From assembly GCF_009914755.1 (NCBI RefSeq), contig NC_060946.1: DNA of 64,000 bases; one strand, given 5' to 3'. The DNA is from the human T2T-CHM13v2.0 reference genome, Homo sapiens. Below are positions 32,101 through 50,825 of this stretch, in pieces. How positions within the stretch are numbered: the stretch's first letter is position 1; every line of letters starts with the position of its first letter. The notes under the pieces are model-generated. The model had not been told where the DNA came from. It was given only the letters and a program-made list of their open reading frames with translations, and did no database searches. Both the position numbers and the translations under genes were made by a program.

Positions 32101-33413
32101 AGCTTATTCCTGGCAAGGTGTGTGGGCATGAACCAGTGAGCTAGTGATGTGTGATGAGAAGCAGCAGGGCCAGTGCAGACACAGGTGTGATCAACCAGTG
32201 AGAGGCAAAGAAGGGCACACATGTGTGTGTACATGCGTGTGGGTGCCTATGTGACTTTGGGAGACTACGAGAAGCCCTCTTGTCTCCAGCTGTCCCTCAT
32301 AGCTGTTTAAACTGACTAGCTTCAATAGTGCTAGACGTAAGCATGGCTTTTGACCAAGGCAATGGGAAATCATGTGAATGACACCTGAGGATTTAGCAAT
32401 CTACCTTAGGGTGACAATACGTGGGCAGAGAGGAAGGAAGGAGCCACCTGTGCTGCTCACTCTGGAGGCCACCTCAGCACAGCCCTGTCCTCCTCTTGTC
32501 TCATCCCTAAACATAAAGGCCAGGGAATAGGGTTTGCTCGATTCTACTCCAGTTGTCTAGGAAATGAGCTCTTGGCTGACTGGCTTCCAGGAGCTTTGTG
32601 GGGACAACAGCAAGGACTTGCAAATGAGGGAGACAGGGCAGCCCACAGAGTGCCACTGTAGAATACACACATAATACATGAGGTCAGACATGGGCATGTC
32701 ATCTGAGAGCCAGATGGGCTCACAGGCATGAGCAAGATCCGGTGATTCCTTAATGGGTGGCATTAACATTTCCAGAGGAAGAACCTGTCAGTCAGAGAGG
32801 GGCAGGTGAGAAAGAGAAGCTAAGAAGGAGCTTTTGGGGTAAATTTTACAAATAAAAAGTAGTAATGATTGCCATAGTTTACTGAGCACTTGACCATGTG
32901 CGAGGCTCTGTGCTAGAGACTCTGTCTCCACCATCTCAGGTAATGCTCAACATTCCTGTTTAATTACCCCACTGTCCTGATGTTTACTGTTAGTAATAAT
33001 AGCTAAACGTTGTAGAGCACTTGCCACGTACTGGCATAGAGTTAAACGCTGGCTGGGGATCACGGGGGCCTGGCACTAAGGAGGGCAGCTGTGCGGCAGA
33101 CTGCCTGGATTCAGATCCCACTTGCATGGACACTCACCAGCTCATACTCTTGAACACGTTACAACTTTGTGCCACAGTTTTCTTCTCTGTGAGCTGGGGA
33201 CTGTATTAGCAGCTGTGCTGTGTGACTTTGTAAGAACTACATGGATTATCTGGTGCAAAGATTAAAATAGTTCCCTGGTGTATAGGATACATTTGGCAAA
33301 TACAAGCCATGATGATGGTCATGGCCATCACGATGAAGATAAAATGGGCCTATCGGGCAACTGGATCAATAAACAGGCTAAGCATAGAACACCTATGGAT
33401 AAGCCTAAGATGA

Positions 33414-33742
<329 letters not shown>

Positions 33743-34199
33743 GCCAGTTATCCTTTTAGTACTGCTGTGCCCTTGGGCATGTTACTTAGCCTGAACGTCC
33801 TCATTTGTAAGATGAATTGTGGTGAGCCTTAATGGTAAAATACAGGTGAAAGGGCTCATAACAGTGCTTGGCGCATAGTAAGTGCTCAGTAAATGTTGAA
33901 TGTTATAGATACAGCAGAGTTAAGACAATGAATGGGCCCAAGGAAATGTTACCTGGTAATGTCTCTGGGCAGGCAGCCAGTCAGCTTCACCTGGTGCCAC
34001 CTCTACCTGGCTTTGTTCACATGTCTGCACTCATTCAACAAGTATTTATAGAACAGCCATGATGTGCCAGGGAAAATGTAAGGGGGTAGGTGGTTAGATG
34101 TCAAGCTGGGGAGAAAAGAGTCGAACAGAAATCTGGCATTCCTACACAGTGTCAGAATACAGTCTCTACCCAGTGTGGCCTATTTGTCCTCAAGAAGGG

Positions 34200-34874
<675 letters not shown>

Positions 34875-35415
34875 AGATGATGATTCTGCAGGGTCAGTGA
34901 AAGGTGTCAGAAACCTGTACCAGTCTCATGAATGTGGAAAGTCTCAGCAGAGTGAAGCTGTCCAGGTCTTGGAAATGCCACGATGTCTCACGTCTTCCTC
35001 TCTCCTCATTTAGAGACCTTCAGTGTGCACCCACATTGGGTCATTCCCTTATTAGTTTGAGCTCCTGTATCTCTCAGCCTCGTATCTGTGTGAATCCCGA
35101 TGCTAGCAATGGCACATACAGCTGCAATGACCACCAGGCTGTAAACCTGAGGGCCAGAACTTTGTCTCCCCTGTTCACTGTTCTAGCCCCAGCACCTGAA
35201 ACAGTGCCTGGCCACGCAGAGGCATGGAACAAAGAATGTTTCGGGCATTCCTGGGTGCTCTGCAAATACTGTTAGCTCTTATCTTCTCAGTTCCTTAAGA
35301 ACTGGGGAAGAGGAAAAAGCAGTATGATTCCCACTTCACAGATAAAACAAGTTAGAGAAGTTAAGTGCCTTTCCCAAGGTCAAATAAATTCTAAATAAAG
35401 AGTACTCAGCATCAG

Positions 35416-36226
<811 letters not shown>

Positions 36227-37260
36227 TCCTCTGCACTGAAACGCAGGTCTGAATGACCCCCAGGGACAGCAACATCACCTACAATGTAGCATACTGCCTG
36301 ACACATAGTACATGCTCACTACACAGTTTTTGAAAGAATGAGTAGTATCAATATATAGTTTCTCATTTTCAGAAAGCAAAAAAATTGAGATGGTCACATG
36401 AAGCTACCCAGGCTGCACAGAAGGTGGCAGAGTTTGCAATGGCGGGGGTTGGGTTGGGGCAGGGGCCTAGCACAGAAGTCCAATACTGAATAGGCCAAGG
36501 GGCAGAAAATGAACTCCTGCTGGGCACCCGCCATAGCCCCACAGGAGGCTATCATTAGCTCCTATATTAACTGAGGAAGTGAAAGAATGAGGAGATGAAG
36601 CAAGCAGCCCCAACTCACACACTTGATTAGTGTTGTGGAACCTGGCTTCAAAGGCAAGTCTGCGCAACCTCTGCCATGCCCCGCTGACTTTCGCCTGACA
36701 TTTCTGAGATCAAAAGTGAAAGCTGTACATCCAGGAGCTCATTCTTCAGAAAAAGTAGATGAAGGGGCTGGAAGGAGATTTTAGTAAAACTCTGCAGCTA
36801 TTGTCCATGCGTACAGCTTATTCCATTATTTTCCAATTGATCTGTTTGTTTTGGCTGTAATATTAGCTGGTTGCTAAGCAACTGCTCAAAGAGCTAACAT
36901 GCTGAACTTTTTTTGGTAACCAAATAGAACCCCAAAAAAGGTGATATAAATCAGTGTTTGGGGGTACAAGCCGAGGGCTGCCAGTCGGCCTGCTCTGGTA
37001 CCCTGGGGGTTTGGGAGTAACCTGGCCCCTTCGACAGAGTGAGCAGGCTGGCATGGAGGAAGGCTGCTTTCCTCCTCCTCTAATGCTAACATTTAACTTC
37101 TCTGGGGCCTCAGTTTGGTCACCTGTAATGGTAGTTACCTTAAAGAGCAGTGTGAAGAACAGAGGTAATGACAGACTGAGTGCAGCTGGCAGGGTTTCTG
37201 GCACATGGTAAGGGCTCAGTAACTTGTAACTGTCATCATTCTTAAGTAATTAACAAATGT

Positions 37261-37849
37261 GTTTTTTTGAGATAGGGTGTTGCCCTGCTGTTCAGGATGG
37301 AGTGCAGTGGCACAATCATGGCTCACTCTAGCTTCAGCTGCCTGGGCTCAGGAGATCATCCTGTCTCAACCTCCCAAGTCGCTGAAACAACAGGCATGTT
37401 CCACAATGCTCAGCAATTTTTTTTCTTTTTTTTGGAGATGGAGTCTCACTCTGTTGCCAGGCTGGAGTGCAGTGGTGCGATGTCAGCTCACTGCAACCTC
37501 TGCCTTCCGGGGTTCAAGCGATTCCCCTGCCTCAGCCTCCCTAGTAGCTGGGACTACAGGCATGCACCACCATGCCCAGCTAATTTATGGTATTTCAGTA
37601 GAGATGGGGTTTCACCATGTTGGCCAGGATGGTCTCGATCTTCTGACCTCGTGATTCACCGGCCTCGGCCTCCCAAAGTGCTGGGATTACACGCGTGAGC
37701 CACCGCGCCTGGCCAATTTTTGAAATTTTTTGTAGAGATGGGGTCTCACTATATTGCTCAGGCTGGTCTCGAATTCCTGGGTTCAAGCAATTCTCCCACC
37801 TCAGCCTCCTAAAATGCTGGGTGACAGGTGTTAGCCACTGCACCTGGCC
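37261..37849 (-). mobile_element. AluJ split at its A-rich linker by a nested AluS (~37425-37713)
   Basis: Order is J right arm, full Alu, J left arm. Confidence 0.85.
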
Positions 37850-40449
37850 AATATTAATATCTTGACAGAGCTTGGGTACAGAATTTTATGGGAGATCAGT
37901 GCTGAGAAAGTCAGTTTCTAGAAGGGTCTGGGGGCTTCATTGGAGTCCTCAGCTGCCACAGCAAACAGCACCCTTAACCTCAACTCCCACCAGTGATGCT
38001 ATGGTGTGCACAAGGGGCATCCACTGGTAACGTCTGGGTCAGAAATGAATCCATCTACTCACCAGAAAAAATGTCCCTGAAGCCAAGGGTAAGTTGATAT
38101 GATTATGTCATATGAAAAGAACAGTGTCTGCTTATTTGGGGCTTCCGAGAGAATGACATTCCTCATTGATTCTCATAAATACTTTGGTGCCTAGGAATTG
38201 TCTAGGTCAGAGGTTACACTCTGGTAGTTTGGGGTGGGGGTGTGAGGAGTCAAGGCAGCCTGAAGGCATATTTTGTCGGCCTCAACAGCATTTGAAATGA
38301 TTTTTTTGCTCCAAATCATCATCTAAAAACAATTTTTAAAAATTAGTTGCCAACATTAAAAAAACATTTTATATGAAAATCCAGATTCCCAACTCCTCTT
38401 GAAAAATATGAATACCTAGTAACCTTCCCTGCGTCCATAAAGCAATAATGGCACGATTGTGTGGAGAGACGACTGGCTCCCTGAGACCAGGGCTCTGGTC
38501 TCTCTATTGAATTGTACTCAGCATTCTTGGGAAAAGTCTGGGAAGAAAGTAATAAAGTTTTAAAAGCAATTTGCAATATTTCAAAACCCCTGAGGGGAAC
38601 CACATACCTTCCTGTGATAAGGTAGCTAAGGCCAACTACCACCTCAAGTGACTCTGCATTAAGCAAGTGCTAAGTAGAAGGGCACACTAGCTACCTCACT
38701 TCAAGTAGGGTCTGGATTAGCAGTGAACGATGCCTTTAATTAATAAAACATAGAAAGACAAAGAAAAAAAAACTGTTCATACGTATTGCTTTTTAAAACA
38801 TGATGCCCATGAGGTCAAATAATTAAATAGTCCTTGCACAGGGAGTAGAGACCACAGACTCATACGGGGCCAGCTCACTTTCAATTGGCTGGAGCGAAGA
38901 AGAGTCCCAGAGGGGTGGAGGGTGGGCAGGGGTCCAATCCTGAAGCCTCTTTTCTTAGTCTAGGGTGGCACTCACTCCCATCATCTATCTGTTCCCTTGG
39001 GAGCCTGTCATCCCGGAAGCTGCCCAAGTTTCAGAATCTGCAGGCATCAGAGGCTGCAAGCCCCGTCTGGCCACATGGGGGCACCCTGGCTCCACACACT
39101 GGATTCTAAGACCCAGCAGGCACTGGCACAGGCGCTGGGGCTGGAGGGAGTGCTCCATTTCTGCAGCCTGGTGGGTCAGGGGTTGAGGCTCATGGTGCTG
39201 GGTACCACAGCACCTCCCATTCCCGATTCAGGGTCATGCTGCCTAGGGGTCGCTGACCCTACTGTTTTTAACAGAGTCTGGTAGGGACTCCTCCCGCCCC
39301 AGGGGAGGGATTAACACTAGGAAACCCGGAGATGTCCCTGGAAGGACACGGACTCAGAAGCTGGAGAGAGAACACAGGCTGCCTGACCTTGCTCCAGACA
39401 GCGCAGGGCACGGAGGGTATGCAGGCTAAACCTACGCTTTGGCTTCCCGACAGAAAGTTTAAAGACTCCTAGAAGCTCTTTTCAGAGAGAAAGAGACAGA
39501 GGCAGTAAGAGAAAGATACTAAGAGACAGAGAGACGGAGTCAGAAGGAGGGAGGGAGAGCAAGAGAACGAGAGAGAAAGAAATCAGACCTTGCCTGGTTT
39601 GCGACAAACAGAAACCCCAGCGCAGCCCAACAACGTGTAGCAGGGTGACGGGCAGACCTGGGGCTGCAGACGCTGGTTCACACCCTGGCGTGAGCTCTCT
39701 GGACTTGGACTGTTATTTTGCTTCTCTGGGCCCCACTCTTCCTTCCTGTAGAATGCAGGTAGCTATACCTGCCTCTGGGGTTCGATGTGTAGAACCAATG
39801 GGATGATATATGCAAATCACCTCTCATGGTACCTGGATCTAGGCAGGCACTCACTAGGTATTGGCATAATTCATGCTGACCAATGGCAGTAAATAAAGGA
39901 TTTTTTTAAAATGTCATTGGACCATGATACTGTGTGACTTTAGTTTTCTCATGTGTGAAATGGGACCTTTGGGCCATATGACTTCCATGGCTCCTATCAA
40001 TCCGAATTGTGTACTATTCTGTAATAAATGCACTCTTCACACAGCCATCTAAGCCTTCCATTAGCCGAGTGCTTTCTCCAGCTGCTGACACCCCGTCCCA
40101 TGATGTGGGGGGAGCTGGAAAGGGACACTGGAGATTCACAGAAGCAGTTGTCATGGTGCTTATGCACTTGGCTCTGCAGCCAGACTGGCTGTTTCCACCC
40201 CAGTTTCCCTTTCCTAGATGAGTAACCCCGGGCCAACGGCTCCTGGTCTCGGTCCCACAGTTCCCCATTTAGAAAAGGAAGGTGATAATACTACCCACGG
40301 CAGGGACTTTGGGGGAGGAAATGAGATCCTACCTCTCAAGCACTCAGAACAGTGCCTGGCGCGCAGCAAACACTTCCATAAGCACTAGGCATCATCATCA
40401 CTTAGATTTGTTTAAAAGACTGGGCAATAATCTTTCTTGGGTTATATGA

Positions 40450-40795
<346 letters not shown>

Positions 40796-41103
40796 GCCTG
40801 AGGAGGGTATGTTTTCATAGATGCTACAGAAAAAGCAATAGACTGGCAGACAAAAAGAGATGTTCGCTGGACCAAGCTCTGCCATCAACATTTCCTTCTG
40901 CAAACTCAGGTTTCAGTCTGTTCACTGAGAACTCTATTGCTGGGTGGCTGTGGGCAGGTCCCTTCCCCTTTCTGGGTCTCTGCTGCCCCATCTGGAAAAG
41001 AAACCTGTTGGACTAGATGATGACCCTAAGGGCCTTTTGGTCCTGGCACTGCATGGCCCTATGTGCCTTCTGGCCTGATGGCCAGGCCCCTGCAGGTCCT
41101 TAC

Positions 41104-41382
41104 CTGAGGTACTCATAGAGCCCATACATGGGCAGGAAGTCAATGTCAGACAGGAACATGTAGGGAGTGCTGATGTGCTTCATGGCCACGTTGCGCAGCA
41201 GGTTCACGGGGTAGAACTGGCCCTCCTTGTACACGATGTGGTAGCCCACGTTGTGGCGGCTCATAAGCACCTCAGAGCCCTGTGCGTAGCGGAGGAACTG
41301 CTGGGCCTCGGCGTCTGACAGGTAGAGGGCCAGGCTGATGGGCCCCTCCCAGTGCTTGCAGATGGCCTCCAGCATCTGGAGC
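41104..41382 (-). CDS. LARGE1: LARGE1 coding exon (279 nt; [14 protein letters not shown]...[18 protein letters not shown]), contains the GlcA-transferase DXD motif (DID at 41147-41139)
   Basis: Lies within ORF 41100..41495. TTCCAG acceptor and GTAAGG donor, phase 2-2. Confidence 0.98.
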
Positions 41383-42703
41383 CTGGAAGAGACAGGGAGG
41401 GTGAGCCGCGGGACCTGGGCCATCCATGCATCATCCGCCGGGCCTGTTGTGGGGCTCTGCCTCCAGTGACACTTGATCAACCAGCTGTGGATCAAATCCC
41501 TGCTTTCAACGTTGACTCACTCAGTTCCTTTACCTATAAAACAGGCATCAAAACACTTACCTTGCTGGTTCTCATCTTTCCCTGCTTCCAACTGAACATG
41601 TGATATGAAGTTGTATCCCACTATAAGCCTTGGACTCCTCGTTTCAAAGCCAGGTGGTGAGTATATTAAATGATTTGAAGATCCCCTTCCAGCCCCAAAG
41701 TCCTACACTTCTCTCTCCACAAAGGTATAAAAAAGCTCTGCTGATCTCCTAAGGCAGTGACCAGCCAGAGAGGACTTACACAAACTTAGAGGCTGCTAAG
41801 TTACAAGGAACGGTAAAATAAACAGTAAACACAAGAGCTACAACAACTATAATTACAGATGTGCTGCAGTGTGCCAGGAGCTTCCCAGAATTCTCTCAAT
41901 AACCTTGAGCACTAGCTGTCATTCTCCCCATTTTCCTGATGGAGGAACGGACGTGCCGTATGTTCAGTCAGCTTGGCCTCTTACACTTAGAGGCCAGACA
42001 TGTGTAGACAGGTACCCTGATGGGACCTTGGAGTCAGGGAGAAAAAAATAACACTAAAAAAGGGAATAGAAAAATATGTGAATGTTGGAAACAAAAGTCT
42101 ACCTGGGGTGATGCTGTCTGCATCACTCGTCTTCAGAGCCCCTACTACCCCAGGGCGCCAGGCAACTGTGCAAGGCTACCTCAGAGATGCTGAGCCAGGG
42201 AGAGGGGGAAAAATAGAGCCCAGGGAAAAAATTAAAAAAAAAAAAAAAAAGGTGTGTGTGGAGGGTTTGCAACAGAGAGGGTTCTGCAAAGACGTCTGAA
42301 GATAAATCTATAAAGATATTTTCTTTCAAAGGCGTTAGAAGCGTCTGGTACATAAAATCTATGGCTAAGAAACAGCAAAAGCCTACTTGAATTGTTTTTC
42401 CTTACCCAGCAAGAGGTACGTAATCAGCAGTCTCCTGGTCAGAATGCCCACTTTATTCGGACGATTACCAGGAAATCGATTCCATGCATTTCCATGCTTC
42501 TAAACAAAAGGAAATGGGCACACCTATCTTGTTTCAATGGCCTTTTTGATGACTTCCAGAGTTTTCTCTCAGTAATTCTGTTAAGTGGCACTGCCCAGAT
42601 TTGCTTCCTCGTTCAATAGGGAGGATTAAGATATTCACCAGTGCAAAATGCTCTCCATTTCTCATCCATTATAATGCTTGCTAACCAAATTGACCAGAAA
42701 CAT

Positions 42704-43018
<315 letters not shown>

Positions 43019-43465
43019 GACCAGAGCCATTTCTTAAAAAGGCATGCATTCTCCATGACGCCTAATTGCACTGAACTTTGTACTAGACTTCTGCTGTGGG
43101 GGCCTGCCCTCTCCTGGGCTCTGATCTGGAATTTTGAATTATGCCTCCTGCACCTGTTTTACCTTCTGCAAATGTGGGGGACTCTGCGCTTCATGAGAGG
43201 GCCATTTGTACAACTCCTCTGAGAATTGGAGAGCAAAACGCAAGAATAATTTCTAGCATGTAGACATGAGACCTGCTGAAGGAAGTGGGCGGAAGGAGGG
43301 AGGTTTGGCTGGGCATGAAGAGAGGACCACTTCTCAGGATTCTCTCACTGGCTTGGTTTTTGCCTCTGTGTCTCAGTTTTCCAAGAAAGGAACCCCTCCC
43401 CTGCCCCGTGACCTGCCACAGTCCCTCTCCTAAGCTCAGCCAAGAGTTTAGGGTAAGAACAGAGA

Positions 43466-43895
<430 letters not shown>

Positions 43896-44427
43896 CTATG
43901 CCCTCCAGCCCCAATCTCTCCAATCTTTAGTCCCTTAGAACCAACTTTTCTGCCAGGACCTGAACAACTGTGACAAACTGAGGTTTCTAATAATGATGGT
44001 AATATTTAAAGTGTGATCATGATCTCATCCATCTCCCCCTTTACCTGCTGCTTGTCATGTCTTTGCCACACTGTGGCTATCATATTTAATCCTCATAGTA
44101 ACTATAATATTGAGATTGTCACCACCCTCTTACAGGCAAGGAAGCTTAAGGGGGTGAAATAACTTCTTTCAAGTCACGCAGTTACAAAGTGAAGGACATA
44201 GATTCACATTCGGGTCTACCTCACCCCAAAGCCCGGATCCAGGTCATTATTTACTATGGATTGGGGTTAGGCTGAGAACAATGTTCCCAAATATCTTTGC
44301 TTCATTGTCTGTTTCCCCAAGTAAGAGCGTGTTCTTCTCCCGGTGTCAATGCCTCCCCACTCTTTCCCCTCCTCAGTCCCTCTTGGTATCTGTCTCAAAG
44401 TTCCACAATCCCCTCGGCCCTCTCCTC

Positions 44428-44743
44428 AGGTTCTATTTCTGCCTCTCAAACATGTCTTCACCTAATACATATTTGTTATTTCCAATGCATCGGATATACT
44501 ATACAGATAAGGGGCCTGGGCACCGGCATTTCAGGAGCTTTTATTCTAGTGGGGAAAAAAGACAATCAACAAACCAGAGTTTGATTAGGGAGGTGATCAG
44601 GTCATGAAGGTGGAACTCTCATGAATGAGATTGGTGCCCTTTTTCTTTTCTTTTTTTTTTTTGAGACAGAGTCTCACTCTGTTGCCCAGGCTGGAGGCAG
44701 TGGTGCGATCTCGGCTCACTGCAACCTCTACCTCCTAGGTTCT
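44428..44743 (+). repeat. Derived copy of a ~310-bp direct local duplication (donor 45835-46140), ending mid-Alu
   Basis: About 92% identity over the non-Alu part; AGGTTCT at both ends. Confidence 0.92.
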
Positions 44744-45834
44744 CTCCCCTCATGTGTTCCCTAAGGGTCGTCCCCGTGCAGTTCTTGCTGATGCCAAGCT
44801 CTGTGGCCAGGCTTTCTTTTGCTGGATGAGTCCATGGAAGAGCTGACCCTAAACCCAGAAGGCCTGTCTCTGTCCCATGTTGGTTCCCACTACCCCATCG
44901 AGCCCACCACTGCTTCATCTAGGGAGGGGTGGGCAAAGGCTCAGAAATGTCTGGCAGATCTAAAAACAGGTGGGGGCTATTCCAGAGAGTCCCATTAAAG
45001 CTGGAAGCCTCACGCAGTCTCTGTAGTCATAAAGGAACAGGTAGGGAGACGGCCAGGTCAGAAACCCAGAAGACCAGGGCTGGAAGGAATTCTAGAGTCT
45101 CAGTGGGACTAAGCAGCCCAGGCAGTGATCACTCAGTGTCTGCTGGGATGGGGAACTCACACCCACCAAGGCGGACCATTCTAATCTGGTGCACTGCCCA
45201 TGAGGCAGGCTGTGTAGCATATCACACAGCTTGCAACTGTAGGTTTTGGGGTCAGACAGGCCTGGATTTGTCCTCTGAGCTATGTCAGTATTCCTGGGCA
45301 AGTGACAGCTCTTTGAGCTTCAATTTGCACATATGTATTTTGGGGATAATAATGCCTTTGGTAGATTACAAAATAGCTATCAATCGTCCCTTTGCCTCTA
45401 TCCATACCCTCTGGAAATAATCTCCCACATGAATCCTGGCCACATGACTTGCTTTGGTCCATGCGATATTAGCAAACATGACATGAGAAGAGGTGAGACA
45501 ACCGGCTTGTACCTGCCGCCATGTGAACTAGCCCTACACCACCTTGCCCTGGCGTTCCCATGGTCCCTGCTGATAGCCAGACAAACCCCCGAAAAGCTAC
45601 CTAGTTTACGGCAGACACAGGAATGAGCCCAGCAGAGTCTAGCCCACACTGCCAATCCAAAGAATCACAAGCTCATTCCAGTTCTTGTACTAAGCTGCTA
45701 AGACTCAGGGCAGTTTGTGAAACAGTAACATTTACTTGGATTTGAGGGTTAAATGAGATGATGATACAAAGTGTCTGGTGCAAAGCTAGATATACAGCAG
45801 GTACTCAGTATATGACAGCTGTAATTTCCTCCTT

Positions 45835-46558
<724 letters not shown>

Positions 46559-46901
46559 TGAGAAGGATCTGGCGTTGTGAAAAGTCTGGGGGGAAAGCTC
46601 TCCAAGAAGAGGGGATGGCCCTTGGGGTAACAATGGGCTCAGCATGTTCGAGCAGGAAGAAACAGGACCAGTGTGGGTGCAGCACAGGACGGTGAGGGGC
46701 AGGGGTGAGATGAAGGTGTCAGGGGTTGCACAGATGCCAGGCTGGATGGGCCTTGAAGACCACAGCAGGCGGGTGGGACACTGTTCCACATGTAACAAGA
46801 AGTCATCTGAGGGTTTTAATGATGTGACCTGATTTACATTTTTAAAACATCGCTCTGCCTGTTACATGGAGAAAAAATTACCTTTCACTCTCCAGAACGG
46901 T

Positions 46902-47090
46902 CAGTGCTTTCAAATGTAAGCTTCTTAAAGATCACCTGCGGGGCTTCTTAAGACCCCTATTTCCAGGCACCACCCGAGATTCTGGTTCAGGAGGTCTGGG
47001 GTGGGGCCTGAGAATCTGTATTTCTGACAAGCTCCCATGCAATGCTGTGTTGCTGGTTCCAGGAGCAGGCTTGAAGCAACGCTGTTCTAG
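46902..47090. mobile_element. MER5A-type hAT MITE
   Basis: GATTCTGGTTCAGGAGGTCTGGGGTGGGGCCTGAGAATCTGTATTTCTGACAAGCTCCC. Confidence 0.8.
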
Positions 47091-47649
47091 AGAGTAGGGC
47101 TCTGTGAGCCCAGCCCATTCTCTCTCCTTTACTCAGAGAGAGCAGAGAAGTGACCTGTCATCCCCATGAGGCCCCGCAACTGTAGTCAACACTTAACATC
47201 TTTGTCAAAAACACACTAAAGAACCAGGCTCTCCCTGGTGTGGTGTCAGAAGATAGGTGAACCCCTCGTGATCAGCTCCCTCTGTCCCTTTGCCATTGGT
47301 GTCTTCTGCTGGGATGGGAGGGAAGGGTGCTGAGCTGCTGAAGGAGAAGCAGAACTCCTGGCTTCATGGCCATGGTTGCAACGTTCATTCTTTCTGAACG
47401 GAATTCCAGAGGGAGCTGCGTACGGGAGTGCGAAGGCCGGCTCTCCTAATTCGTTGTGGCATTCACGTAGGGCCTACTTCTGACTCGAAGGTTTACAAAT
47501 ATATCTGAAAGGTTTCTTAAATTAAAAATCAATCCAACAGGCACCAGTCCGCGTGCTGCATCATAATCGGATGTGTTGACAGAGTGGAAGTGGCTGCAGG
47601 AATTTCTACCATTCTTCATAAGCCTGCAGTGCCGCTTTATAATTTTTAA

Positions 47650-48134
<485 letters not shown>

Positions 48135-49069
48135 CCGGACTTTCTTTTAAATGCACTGTGTCTGCAGCCCAGGCCAGAAGGATGGATCCCACTGGCAATA
48201 GAAGGAGGCACTTGGTTTTGTCTGTATTCTCTTCTTGCTAACTAGTGTATACAGAAGGATGGGTTTGAGCTGTTAATAACTAGAAACATGTTTGTTCTAC
48301 TTGTTTGCAAATTCCAGATAGCAAATTCTATAGCCAGCAGAGAGGTGAGAAACATTAAGAAAAGGGAAATTAATATTTTCTCACATCAACTACTTACTAG
48401 GCACTTTACACCTTATTTTGTAGAACCCAGACAATAATCAGTGAATCTGACGTTATCACCATCTCGTAGATGAGTCAAGTGAGGCTCAAAAAGGCTAAGT
48501 AAGTCGTTCAAACTTACACAGCTAGGAAGTGGCACAAGTGTACTTTGAATCCAAGTCTTGCTTTTTTTTCTTTTCTACTACATCACTTTACCTCTCCTAA
48601 ATAACTATCATGTGCACATGCCTTCGTAAGGATGTTCAGATCTAGCCAGTATTTACTGGATGTCAAATATGTGCTCAGGGCTTTTATAGAGGATCTCTTA
48701 TTTACTCCTAAACAGGACCCTATGAGGCAAGTAATTTTATCCTTCTTTTATAGAAGGAGGAAACGGAAACCCAAAGATGTTAAGTGACTTGCCCAGAACA
48801 CCAGCTGAGGATTGAATGAGTTGGTGGGATTTGAACCCGGAGCTCTCTGTCCTTCCGTCTAGTGCCTTTTTACCCAATATCACAAATATTAAGATTCTGG
48901 TCAACAGTACTGGTATCATTCTGGGAGCCTCTGAATGTATGTCAGGACTAAGCACTGGCACGCCTTCTCTCATCTGATCTTTGTAACAACCTTAGGGATG
49001 AGGATAATGATACAGTTACCACTTTCAGATCACAGATGAAGAAACTGAGGCTTAAAGAAGTTAAGTGAT

Positions 49070-49409
<340 letters not shown>

Positions 49410-50309
49410 TCATTCACTGTTATGCTACTCTTTACTTTGATTAGAAAGTATATCAGATTTCTTTGGTAGCCACTGGCCACTAATATTGACTCAGAATATT
49501 TTGCTGATAATCTGAATGCATTATCAGGAGGCCTGAATGCAACAGAGAGCCAGTGATGGTTGGAGAAACGGGCACCTGGCTTTAAGTGAAACCCTCTCAC
49601 TTGCATGGATTATAGTACCTGAGTTTCAGTTAGCTCACGGGAGGGGACAGATGCAGTTGAAAGAGACCAATCTAGACCATCATTCAGCACTGACATGGAG
49701 TATTCCATTTTCTTTTTACTATAAATGCCATGGAGGAGAAGGAAACACATATGTGAAAAGAGGGACTTTGTGGTGAGGTGGCTTCCTGATGCTTAGTGGT
49801 GGGGAGCCTAGGTGTCCAAACTGAAATCTGGGTGAGAGGCCAAAGGGACCTGAGAATTTTAGGGGTGACTCTGGGACACCAGTTGGGTGTCCCTATGGAG
49901 ACACACAGGATGCCAGATTTGAGCTGGAAGGGCTGGCCACCTCCCCTGGTTTCCCTGAGGCCCTCTGTGATCCAGCCCTTGCCTACCTGGCCATGTGTAT
50001 TTGATCTCCTCTTTCTCCCTCCTACACCCTAAGCCCTAACCACACCTTACTATTGTGTTCCCCACTGGCCCTGACGTCTTCTCTGTCCCGTGAACATGCT
50101 GCACGCTCTATCTCGGGGAGCCCTCCTTCTCTCCTTCTGTGCCTTCTACTCTCAGTCCACTCAGCCTCCAACTCAACTCAGGTACTACCTCCCCTCGGAC
50201 ACATTCCCTGCCTTTTCCTTTCTCCACTTCCTTGGGCTCTCATAGAATCGGTGCACCTCCTGCACGACACTCAGAACTAAACATCCTACTGTAGACCTGT
50301 TTACCTGTC

Positions 50310-50825
50310 AGTGACAGGCAGAGTTCTATGAGGGACCCCCCAGATTCCCGCCCCGCTGGCGGACATGCCCTGTGTTATCGCCCTCTTGGGTGTGGGCAGG
50401 GCTTCTGAATATCACATTGTGATCATGTGATGTTATAGAAGACTCCAGGGTCATGGGCCAGAGAGATTCTCCTGCTGGCCTTGAAGAAGTGGGCTGCCCT
50501 GCAGGGAGGGGGCTGCATGGCTAGGAACTGAGCGTGGCTTCGAGGAGCTGAGGGGGACACCCATCAACAGCCAGCAAGGAAATGGGACCTCCATCCTGGA
50601 ACTGAATTCTGCTCCAACCCAAATGAGCTTGGATGTGGATGCCAATCCCCAGATGACATCCCAGCCCTGGATAATCCCTTGAGATTTCAGTCCTGAGACC
50701 CTGGGCAGAGGGCCCTGCTAACATCTTCCAGATTCCTGACCCATAGTGGCCACAAGGTAACAAAGGTGTACTTTTTAAGCTGCTCAATGTGTGGTACTTT
50801 GTCACCTAACAACAGAAAACGAATG
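50310..50825 (+). mobile_element. MLT1F-like MaLR LTR
   Basis: GATTCTCCTGCTGGCCTTGAAGAAG...CAGCCAGCAAGGAAATGGGACCTC. Confidence 0.7.

Noticed and set aside
39290-39700. GC box and REST-like half site (GACAGCGC) near a GA-rich tract
   Set aside because: No full motif or CpG island; insufficient support.
41307-41309. E509 codon at a CpG, site of a known dystroglycanopathy missense change
   Set aside because: The window carries the normal GAG, and I see no disruptive change in any of the five exons.
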